Below, piece by piece: positions 17,048 to 24,647 of a stretch of DNA of 37,347 nt. The DNA comes from a virus (lineage: Duplodnaviria; Caudoviricetes). A model generated the notes under the pieces. It did not search any database. It worked only from the letters and a program-made list of their open reading frames with translations, and had not been told where the DNA came from. The stretch's first letter is position 1. Each line of letters begins with the position of its first letter. Made by a program: the position numbers and the translations under genes. The DNA is taken from positions 1 to 37,347 of IMG/VR virus record IMGVR_UViG_3300037502_001141. One strand, 5' to 3'.

Positions 17048-17226
17048 CTACTCAAACTCATACATCCCGCCACCCATCAGGGCTGACGTGGGAACGGTGG
17101 GAGTGGCCCTTCAAAACACCACAGGAAAGACAACTTGTAGCAAAGTATTTTAACCGAGTAAAAAAGATAACTGACAAAGAGGAAAAACAGAAAATGCTAA
17201 ACGAAATAGGAGAAGCTTTATTATGA
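17044..17226 (+). CDS. Hypothetical protein (WPFKT motif)
   Basis: 60 aa; GAGG RBS; ATGA overlaps. Confidence 0.75.
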   Translation: MTTQTHTSRHPSGLTWERWEWPFKTPQERQLVAKYFNRVKKITDKEEKQKMLNEIGEALL

Positions 17227-17510
17227 GAGACTTACGCAAAGCAGCAGAGATGGCGTTGGATGCTTTAGAATTACTAAGTAAAAATGAACTACCAAAAAAG
17301 GGCGCCGCCAAAGCGGAATTAGACGAAGTAGTAATTCCAACACTACGCCAAGCACTAGCGCAGCCGGAATGGCAAGAACTAAATGTAAACGAAGTAATTC
17401 AATTAATCAGTGAAAACATAACTGACCCAAGCCCCGAGTTATTACAAGAACTTTATAGTTTGATGTCAGATGTCGATATGTATTTACAGGAGAAGAACAG
17501 TGGCAGTTGA
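17223..17510 (+). CDS. Hypothetical protein
   Basis: 95 aa; AGGAG RBS; N-terminus shared with 17703..18053. Confidence 0.75.
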   Translation: MRDLRKAAEMALDALELLSKNELPKKGAAKAELDEVVIPTLRQALAQPEWQELNVNEVIQLISENITDPSPELLQELYSLMSDVDMYLQEKNSGS

Positions 17511-17706
17511 GATGACCGATTTTGAAGAGAAGGTATGGAAGTATCTACTCTCTCATCCTAAAACCCCCGTTCAGGCAAGAACGATTGCAAAGGCATGGAT
17601 CGTAAGCGATAACAAAGTAGCCCGTGTCTTGCACAGATTTGTTGAGAACGGTATCGCTGACTTGGTGCGTATCGGAACCAAGAAGTTTTATAAGGTGAAA
17701 GAATGA
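17500..17706 (+). CDS. Small winged-helix-like protein
   Basis: GTG at 17500 after AGGAG; VWKYLL...ARTIAKAWIVSDNKVARVLHRFVENGI...KFY pattern. Confidence 0.55.
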   Translation: MAVEMTDFEEKVWKYLLSHPKTPVQARTIAKAWIVSDNKVARVLHRFVENGIADLVRIGTKKFYKVKE

Positions 17707-18053
17707 GCGATCTACGAGATGCAGCAGAGTTGGCATTGACGGCTTTGGAGACTATAACAAGCCCAAACTCATGGCCCTCAACAAAAGAAAATCTACGCAA
17801 GGCACTAGCGCAATCACATAGTCCTTTGGTTTGGATGAACAAATACGGGCACGTTGCGTCGTTTAAAAACGAAGAACTTGGCTATACCGACGCTCTCTAC
17901 ACCATACCAGTTGAGTACAAAGCCGAGATCGAGCGGTTGCACAGAGAAATTGAGAACTTGAGACAGGCTTACCACAGGGTCAAAGATGAGAACGAGCGGC
18001 TGGCCCTTGACTTAGGTATCAAAGATAATCCACAATTTGGGAAACCTTATTAG
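17703..18053 (+). CDS. Hypothetical protein with C-terminal coiled coil
   Basis: 116 aa; ATGA overlap. Confidence 0.75.
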   Translation: MSDLRDAAELALTALETITSPNSWPSTKENLRKALAQSHSPLVWMNKYGHVASFKNEELGYTDALYTIPVEYKAEIERLHREIENLRQAYHRVKDENERLALDLGIKDNPQFGKPY

Positions 18054-18062
18054 GAGACTACC

Positions 18063-18371
18063 ATGCCCTACGCAAACAAAGCTGACCGCAACTACAAGCA
18101 AGAATACGAAAACTATGATGGCACCGAAATGGTTAAAAAGAAACGTGCCGAGCGCAACCGAGCACGGCGAATCATGGAAAAGGCTGGCAAAGTTAGCAAA
18201 GGGGATGGCAAAGATGTGCATCACGTTAAAGCACTGTCTAAGGGTGGCTCACACAAAGATGGCTTAAAAGTTACGTCAGCGGCCAATAATCGTTCGTTTG
18301 ATCGTGATTCCAAACAGAAGTTAATTTCAGAAGTTAGCCCACGGGAAAAGAAGCGTGCAAATAATAAATGA
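18063..18371 (+). CDS. HNH endonuclease-like protein
   Basis: RAERNRARR...DGKDVHHVKALSKGGS...L.V.....NRS. Confidence 0.8.
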   Translation: MPYANKADRNYKQEYENYDGTEMVKKKRAERNRARRIMEKAGKVSKGDGKDVHHVKALSKGGSHKDGLKVTSAANNRSFDRDSKQKLISEVSPREKKRANNK

Positions 18372-19908
18372 CCGGATACTGCTAGTTAAGACTAAGTTTC
18401 CTAGCCGTATTACAGAAACAATCAAGAAGAGCAAAGTAGTACAAAAAGAGGGGGAAGTTAGTGAGGTAGCCGTCAACTGGGGGCTATCTGAAGCCCAAGC
18501 TTTGCGTAAGTTACGGATTAAAAAAGTACCGTCCCCAATTCAGCGTGACTACGATTGGCCGGGGCTGCATAAGCCGATGGAACATCAAAGGGACACAGCA
18601 TCGTTCCTAACTTTACACAGACGGGCATTCTGTTTTAACGAGCAAGGCACAGGCAAAACGGCCTCTGCCATATGGGCTTCTGACTACCTGATGAACGCAA
18701 AGATCATTCGTCGGGTATTAGTTATCTGTCCCCTATCCATTATGCAATCCGCATGGCAAGCAGACTTGTTTAAGTTTGCAATTCATAGGCACGTAGACGT
18801 TGCTTATGGAGCCAAGCAAAAAAGAGCCGAGATCATCAATGGCGGGGCAGACTACGTCATTATTAATTTTGATGGGGTAGAAGTTGTAAAAGATGACATC
18901 AAAAATGGGAAGTTTGACCTAATTATTATTGACGAGGCAAACGCCTATAAGAGTTCTCGCACTCAGCGCTTTAAGGTAATGAAAGACATTATCCAACCGA
19001 CCACATGGCTATGGATGATGACCGGCACCCCTGCTGCGCAGTCCCCGCTTGATGCTTACGGACTTGTCAAACTTTGTGTACCCGAAAGAGCGCCGATGAC
19101 CTTGGGTGGGTTCAGAGATACTGTTATGTATCAACTGACTAGGTTCAAGTGGATACCGAAGCCGAAAGCAAACGAAGTCGTGCATGACCTGTTGCAGCCC
19201 GCCATTCGGTATACGAAAGAAGAATGCCTTGACTTGCCGGAAATGCTTTACACATCTCGGTATGTCCCCATGACCCCGCAGCAAGAGAAATACTACCGGC
19301 AGCTAAAGAAAGATATGCTTATTGCCGCTGCTGGAGAAGAGGTATCGGCTGTCAACGCCGCCTCAAGCCTGACTAAATTACTACAGATTTCAGGCGGTGC
19401 GGTCTACACCGACAACGGTAACGTAATTGAATTCGATGTATCAAACCGTCTCAAGGTAATTCAAGAAGTAGTTGAAGAAGCCTCACATAAGGTATTGATT
19501 TTCGTACCTTTTACTCACACTATTAATCTACTAAAAGACTACCTTACCAAACAAGGAATAGAGTCGGAAGTTATTAACGGCTCTGTAAGCGTCAATAAAC
19601 GTACAGACATCTTCAAGCGCTTTCAGGAAAACCCTAACCCCAAAGTTTTATTAATACAGCCACAAGCCGCTGCACATGGGGTAACATTAACTGCTGCAAA
19701 CGTTGTTATATGGTATGCCCCAGTGACATCTATTGAGACATACTTGCAGGCTAACTCGCGTGCACACAGGCAAGGGCAAAAGAATCCTGTAACTGTGGTG
19801 CATATTGAAGGCAGTCCCGTAGAAACAAAGTTGTATGCAATGCTGCAAAGCAAATTAGATTTCCACACTAAGATAATTGATTTGTACAAAAAAGAATTAG
19901 ATACTTGA
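18355..19908 (+). CDS. SNF2-family helicase
   Basis: EQGTGKT, VICP, IIDEAN, MTGTP, HGVTLT, QANSRAHRQGQ. Confidence 0.95.
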   Translation: MQIINDRILLVKTKFPSRITETIKKSKVVQKEGEVSEVAVNWGLSEAQALRKLRIKKVPSPIQRDYDWPGLHKPMEHQRDTASFLTLHRRAFCFNEQGTGKTASAIWASDYLMNAKIIRRVLVICPLSIMQSAWQADLFKFAIHRHVDVAYGAKQKRAEIINGGADYVIINFDGVEVVKDDIKNGKFDLIIIDEANAYKSSRTQRFKVMKDIIQPTTWLWMMTGTPAAQSPLDAYGLVKLCVPERAPMTLGGFRDTVMYQLTRFKWIPKPKANEVVHDLLQPAIRYTKEECLDLPEMLYTSRYVPMTPQQEKYYRQLKKDMLIAAAGEEVSAVNAASSLTKLLQISGGAVYTDNGNVIEFDVSNRLKVIQEVVEEASHKVLIFVPFTHTINLLKDYLTKQGIESEVINGSVSVNKRTDIFKRFQENPNPKVLLIQPQAAAHGVTLTAANVVIWYAPVTSIETYLQANSRAHRQGQKNPVTVVHIEGSPVETKLYAMLQSKLDFHTKIIDLYKKELDT

Positions 19909-19932
19909 CAAAGTACAGTTTTTAGATATAAT
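19905..19932 (+). promoter_or_regulatory. Consensus sigma70 promoter
   Basis: TTGACA-16 nt-TATAAT. Confidence 0.85.
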
Positions 19933-19958
19933 AGTAAAAAACAACCAAGAGGACATAT

Positions 19959-20348
19959 ATGGATAAGGCCATAGATAAGATCGTCGCCGTTTACATCAAA
20001 ATTCGTAACGCTAAAGAAGATTTAACACGCGAGTACGATGGTAAAATTGCGACCCTTGATGAGCAGATGCGAACTCTAAAAGAAGAGTTGCTGAAGATAT
20101 CTAAGGAAACCGGCGTTACAAGTTTTAAAACCGAAAATGGTACAGCCTACCGAACAATTAAGAATCGGTACTGGACTAATGATTGGGAAAGTTTCTATGG
20201 CTTCATGCGTGAACATGGTGCTATGGAGTTGTTGGAAAAGCGCATACATCAGACAAATATGCGTGAGTTTTTAGAGGATCGACCCGATGTGCATCCACCG
20301 GGATTAAATGTGGATCAAGAGTATGAAATCACCATTAGGAGAAAATAA
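19959..20348 (+). CDS. Phage replication-module protein
   Basis: 129 aa; N-terminal coiled coil, SFKTENGT, DWESFY, PPGLNV; ACCAAGAGGA RBS. Confidence 0.8.
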   Translation: MDKAIDKIVAVYIKIRNAKEDLTREYDGKIATLDEQMRTLKEELLKISKETGVTSFKTENGTAYRTIKNRYWTNDWESFYGFMREHGAMELLEKRIHQTNMREFLEDRPDVHPPGLNVDQEYEITIRRK

Positions 20349-21214
20349 TGAGCAATGTTGCTTTGTTTAATCAAAATCTGCCTGACTACCTTAAAGAAGT
20401 TGAACTTGATGACTTAACTAAGTCTTTAGCAGGTAATACGGCACTCAAGCGTATTTCTATTCGCGGCGGTGTATTTCGCATGATGGTCAATGGCGAAGAG
20501 ATTGCTAAGAACGAAAACCGTGCAATGAATGTAGTCATTGTTAACGGCAATCCGCACGTATCCCGACAGTTTTACTCTGGCGCTTATGTTGCTGGAGAGT
20601 CGGTTGCGCCGGACTGCTGGTCAAACGATGGCATTACGCCTGACCCAAGCATTGAGTCTGCGCAAAACAAGACCTGTGATGGGTGCCCTCAAAACATTAA
20701 GGGGTCTGGTTCAGGTGACTCCCGCGCTTGCCGGTTCCAACAAAGGCTTGCTGTAGTCCTTGAAAGCGATATAAATGGGGACGTATTCCAACTAACGCTG
20801 CCTTCTACTTCAATCTTTGGTCGTGGCGATTTAGATAAAATGCCCTTCCAGCAGTATGCTAAGTATGTAGGGTCGCAGGGCAAGAACATCAACACCCTAG
20901 TTACCGAGATGAAGTTTGACTCGGACAGTGCAACTCCCAAGCTAACCTTTAAGCCAGTAAGATTCTTAGAGCGTGAAGAGTGGGCAGCAGCTAAGGAAAA
21001 AGGCAACAGCCCTGCTGCTAAGTCTGCGGTCATTCAAACCCCGACTCAAACTGACGGGCCGAAAGCAAAGGCTATAGCAGCACCGGCAAAGAAAGTAGAC
21101 GCTGCCGATGAAATAGCCGAGCCGACTAAAAAGACAGCCAAGAAAAACATTGAGCCAGCAGCTAAAAAAGAATTTGCTGATGTTCTCAATGAGTGGTCTA
21201 CCGACGATGAGTAA
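20348..21214 (+). CDS. Putative single-stranded DNA-binding protein
   Basis: RISIRGGVF, PDCWSNDG, CDGCPQN, ACR; Ala/Lys linker and acidic tail (EWSTDDE). Function inferred from tail and position. Confidence 0.55.
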   Translation: MSNVALFNQNLPDYLKEVELDDLTKSLAGNTALKRISIRGGVFRMMVNGEEIAKNENRAMNVVIVNGNPHVSRQFYSGAYVAGESVAPDCWSNDGITPDPSIESAQNKTCDGCPQNIKGSGSGDSRACRFQQRLAVVLESDINGDVFQLTLPSTSIFGRGDLDKMPFQQYAKYVGSQGKNINTLVTEMKFDSDSATPKLTFKPVRFLEREEWAAAKEKGNSPAAKSAVIQTPTQTDGPKAKAIAAPAKKVDAADEIAEPTKKTAKKNIEPAAKKEFADVLNEWSTDDE

Positions 21215-21216
21215 GC

Positions 21217-21471
21217 ATGGCAGAAACACGCGGCTACTCGTTTCGGCTAATAGAAACTAACAAACGCGCAATCGCAACCCACCCCGGTGTCATGCTGGGG
21301 AGGTTGTGTATTGCTCAAGATATCCCAGTCTCGGACGCAGCGCAGTTCTTCGGCGTAAGCCGTATGACCGTATACAAGTGGTTTAAGGGTCAAGAAATGC
21401 CACGCAAAAAGCAGATTGAGAAGATTGAGGAAGTCATTGCGAAACTTAAAACTAAAGTCCACTTGGATTAG
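21217..21471 (+). CDS. XRE-family HTH protein
   Basis: IPVSDAAQFFGVSRMTVYKWFKGQEMP. Confidence 0.85.
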   Translation: MAETRGYSFRLIETNKRAIATHPGVMLGRLCIAQDIPVSDAAQFFGVSRMTVYKWFKGQEMPRKKQIEKIEEVIAKLKTKVHLD

Positions 21472-21473
21472 GA

Positions 21474-24353
21474 ATGGCTACAACAGACCTATTGTCGGCG
21501 GTGCTATCCACAGAGGGGTGGTACTGCATTGTCGGCTTAAAGAAAAAAGGTCTGCCCAAACAGGTTTTTGTACAGACGCTGGTAGAAGCAGATCAAGAAA
21601 TACAATCCCTTTTAAGCAAGCACTATGATGTCTATTTTGCCTGCTCGAAGTACGAAAAGCCTTCCACACGGACAGCGGATAACGTAAAAAATATTAAGTC
21701 GTTTTGGCTTGATATCGATTGCGGAGAAGGAAAACCCTATGCAGATCAGGCTGACGGGGCTTTAGCCCTACTCAACTTTTGCAAAGCATTAGGGCTTCCT
21801 AAGCCGACTATTGTTAATTCAGGGCGTGGGCTTCATGTCTACTGGCCTCTGATATCGGCTGTCCCTCGGCTTGATTGGAAGCGTGTAGCAGAAAAACTAA
21901 AGAAGCTTTGCGTCGATTACAACCTCGAAGCCGACCCTGCTCGTACATCAGATGCAGCATCTATCTTAAGAATACCGGAGACCTTAAACTATAAACCTGA
22001 TCCCCCTGCGCAAGTCCAACTACAGCACCTCTCTCAACCAGTAGACTTTGAAGCGTTTAAAACTTTATTGGGTGTATCCGACACAGACGGAGAAGCGCCT
22101 GACTATGCTACTAGCAATTTAAATGAACTAACCAAAGCCTTGATGGGCAACCGGCAGTCTCGGTTTCAAACCATTTGGCTAAAGACTCAGAACAGCGAGG
22201 GGTGTGCTCAGATAAAGTATGCGATGGATAACCAAGAAAACTTGGAGGAACCGCTTTGGCGTGGTGCATTATCGATTGCAGCATACTGTGTAGATAGTGA
22301 TACAGCCGTACACGAGATATCTAAAGGGCATCCAAACTACTCTGAGCAAGAGACTGAAAACAAAGTTAAGTTAATTAAAGGCCCATATACTTGCGAAGTA
22401 TTTAACAAAAACAACCCCAACATCTGTGATAAGTGCCCACACTGGGGTCAGATCAAATCACCCATCGTGCTTGGTGCCGAAATTGCTGAAGCCGCACCGG
22501 AAGATAATGTTGTCCAAGTTACCCCACCGGCTGCGTTTATGCCGGTTACATACACTATTCCTGAGTATCCGTTTCCATTTTTTAGAGGTAAAAACGGCGG
22601 AGTTTATTCTCGCCCCGCCGAAGATGGCGAAGAGCCAGACTTAATTTATGAGCATGACCTGTATGTAGTAAAGCGTATGCGTGACCCCGAGTACGGCGAA
22701 ATGGTTTGGATGAGGCTGCACACACCAAAAGATGGAGTCAAAGAATTTGCATTGGCAGCTATGGACTTACTTGCAAAAGAGAAACTGCGGGACAAGCTTG
22801 CTTATCAAGGAATCGTTGCCATGACTAAGCAGATGGAAGCGATTATGTTCTATGTTGTGCGGTTTACTAAGGAGTTGCAGTTTAAACACGAGGCAGAAAT
22901 TATGAGAACGCAGTTTGGTTGGACAGATAAATATAAATCTTTTGTAGTAGGCGACACAGAAATTTGCGCCGACGCCGACAGGTATAGCCCACCGTCTAGT
23001 TACACTAAAGAATTAGCGCCGTGGTTTGAGCCACAAGGCACGCTAGAAGAGTGGCAGTCTGTTATTAATGTTTACAACAACCCCGGCTTTGAGCCTATGG
23101 CATTTGGCTTCTTTACGGCTTTCGGTGCCCCTCTTATGAAACTGCTGAACCTCAAGGGGGCCATCATTAATTTAATTAACAACGAGTCCGGTACAGGTAA
23201 GACCACGACGCTGAAGGCTATGCATAGTGTGTACGGCCACCCCGAGGAGTTAATGCTGATTCAGAGAGACACTATGAACGTCAGGCTGCACCGTCTTGGG
23301 GTTATGAATAACCTCGGCTTAGGCTGTGACGAAATTACCAAGATGACTGCAGATGACTTTTCCGACTGGGCATACGCTGTGTCTCAAGGCCGAGGTCGCG
23401 GTCGGATGAGGGCTAGTGCTAATGAAGAGCGTAAAAACTTTGCTCGTTGGGAGACTATCCTCTTATGCTCATCAAACGCATCGGTGGTGGATAAATTGAA
23501 ATCCTTGACTAAGTCGGCAGACGGAGAGTTAATGCGGGTTATCGAGTATGAAATCCCGTCAGTTAAGCTGCTGAGCAAGGAAGAAGCGGATGAAATTTAT
23601 CCTAAGTTGTATACAAACTATGGTCACGCGGGGCGTATATACCTGCGCGACTTGGTTTCTAACTTGGAAGAACGGCTTGAAGAAGTTCGTCAAATCCAAA
23701 AGATCATTGATAAAAAGGTTGGATTCACAAACCGTGAACGTTTTTGGTCAGGTGTTGCTGCTTGCAATATTGCTGGGGCTTTATTTGCTAGGCGTTTGGG
23801 GCTTTTTGATATTGATGTTGGCAGAGTGTTCAAGTGGATGCTCACCCATTTTGGGGAAATGAAAGAGGAAATTAAGCCGCCCCTTACAAGCCAAGCCAGT
23901 GTTATTGGCGAGTTTTGGAATATGCACCGCAACAATACGCTGGTTATCAATGGCGAGGTTGACAAGCGTACCGGGGTAGAAATGTTGCCGATTCTAGAGC
24001 CACGCGGGGAGTTGATGATCCGCATGGAACCGGACACCATGAAGTTGTTTATTACGGCTACCGCACTGCGGAAATACTGTACTGAGCACCGGATCACGCT
24101 AAAGGATGTCCTGACCTCCCTGACCGCCGAGGGCGTCTATGGGGGCGCTACGAAGAAACGGATGTCCAAAGGCACTAAATTAAGCGCTGTGCCGCCCGTA
24201 GATGTGTACGTCTTTGACTGCTCTAGGGGCGATTTCCTTGACCCAGACGTCTTTATTGCTGCCGCCCAGCACGGCTTAGACGACCCCGATGCGGCTCAGG
24301 AAGAGGTTCAGGAGGAGGCTCCGGCGGAGGAAACACCGAAAGATGCAGGTTAA
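21474..24353 (+). CDS. Primase-helicase fusion (AEP-type primase, Cys-rich domain, DUF927-like P-loop region)
   Basis: WLDID, NSGRGLHVYW, ILRIP; PYTC...CDKCPH; QFGW, SGTGKTT, CDE, GRGRGR. Confidence 0.85.
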   Translation: MATTDLLSAVLSTEGWYCIVGLKKKGLPKQVFVQTLVEADQEIQSLLSKHYDVYFACSKYEKPSTRTADNVKNIKSFWLDIDCGEGKPYADQADGALALLNFCKALGLPKPTIVNSGRGLHVYWPLISAVPRLDWKRVAEKLKKLCVDYNLEADPARTSDAASILRIPETLNYKPDPPAQVQLQHLSQPVDFEAFKTLLGVSDTDGEAPDYATSNLNELTKALMGNRQSRFQTIWLKTQNSEGCAQIKYAMDNQENLEEPLWRGALSIAAYCVDSDTAVHEISKGHPNYSEQETENKVKLIKGPYTCEVFNKNNPNICDKCPHWGQIKSPIVLGAEIAEAAPEDNVVQVTPPAAFMPVTYTIPEYPFPFFRGKNGGVYSRPAEDGEEPDLIYEHDLYVVKRMRDPEYGEMVWMRLHTPKDGVKEFALAAMDLLAKEKLRDKLAYQGIVAMTKQMEAIMFYVVRFTKELQFKHEAEIMRTQFGWTDKYKSFVVGDTEICADADRYSPPSSYTKELAPWFEPQGTLEEWQSVINVYNNPGFEPMAFGFFTAFGAPLMKLLNLKGAIINLINNESGTGKTTTLKAMHSVYGHPEELMLIQRDTMNVRLHRLGVMNNLGLGCDEITKMTADDFSDWAYAVSQGRGRGRMRASANEERKNFARWETILLCSSNASVVDKLKSLTKSADGELMRVIEYEIPSVKLLSKEEADEIYPKLYTNYGHAGRIYLRDLVSNLEERLEEVRQIQKIIDKKVGFTNRERFWSGVAACNIAGALFARRLGLFDIDVGRVFKWMLTHFGEMKEEIKPPLTSQASVIGEFWNMHRNNTLVINGEVDKRTGVEMLPILEPRGELMIRMEPDTMKLFITATALRKYCTEHRITLKDVLTSLTAEGVYGGATKKRMSKGTKLSAVPPVDVYVFDCSRGDFLDPDVFIAAAQHGLDDPDAAQEEVQEEAPAEETPKDAG

Positions 24354-24540
24354 TGGGGTCAACTACGAGGTCGATTGGACTAAGTTTAAGGTAGGCAGAT
24401 CCTTCTTTGTACCCTGCCTAGACGTAGAAGAAGCCCGAGCCGTTGTAAAAAACACTATGGACAGACTGGGATTTGAGGTCAAAGTAAAGTTAGTGGTGGA
24501 GGACGGGTTCCGTGGCTTGCGTATTTGGAGAGTTGGGTAG
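24343..24540 (+). CDS. Small phage protein (65 aa)
   Basis: MQVNGVNYEVDWTKFKVGRSFFVPC...GLRIWRVG; GGAGG upstream. Confidence 0.7.
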   Translation: MQVNGVNYEVDWTKFKVGRSFFVPCLDVEEARAVVKNTMDRLGFEVKVKLVVEDGFRGLRIWRVG

Positions 24541-24546
24541 TAAACT
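24517..24546 (+). promoter_or_regulatory. Possible sigma70 promoter for the sRNA candidate
   Basis: TTGCGT-18 nt-TAAACT; predicted start about 24552, at the base of hairpin 1. Confidence 0.5.
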
Positions 24547-24551
24547 TCGAC

Positions 24552-24647
24552 CTGACAGTGCCTCCTCGCTGTCGGTGCCTATGGCACTCCTCTTGGTGGT
24601 TGAACTCCTTCAACCTTGCACCCCCGCCCAGCGCGGGGGTCTTTTTT
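24552..24647 (+). ncRNA. Candidate multi-hairpin sRNA with three anti-Shine-Dalgarno CUCCU motifs
   Basis: Hairpins at 24552-24575, 24575-24587, 24598-24615 and terminator 24620-24647; CCUCCUC, CUCCUCUUGGU and CUCC lie in loops or linker. Confidence 0.65.
24620..24647 (+). terminator. Intrinsic terminator at the strand convergence
   Basis: ACCCCCGC-CCAGC-GCGGGGGT-C-TTTTTT. Confidence 0.9.

Noticed and set aside
24552-24647. Minus-strand reading as a CsrB/RsmY-like GGA-loop sponge
   Set aside because: Possible but less favoured: the promoter, U-tail and a G-U pair in hairpin 1 all point to the plus strand.
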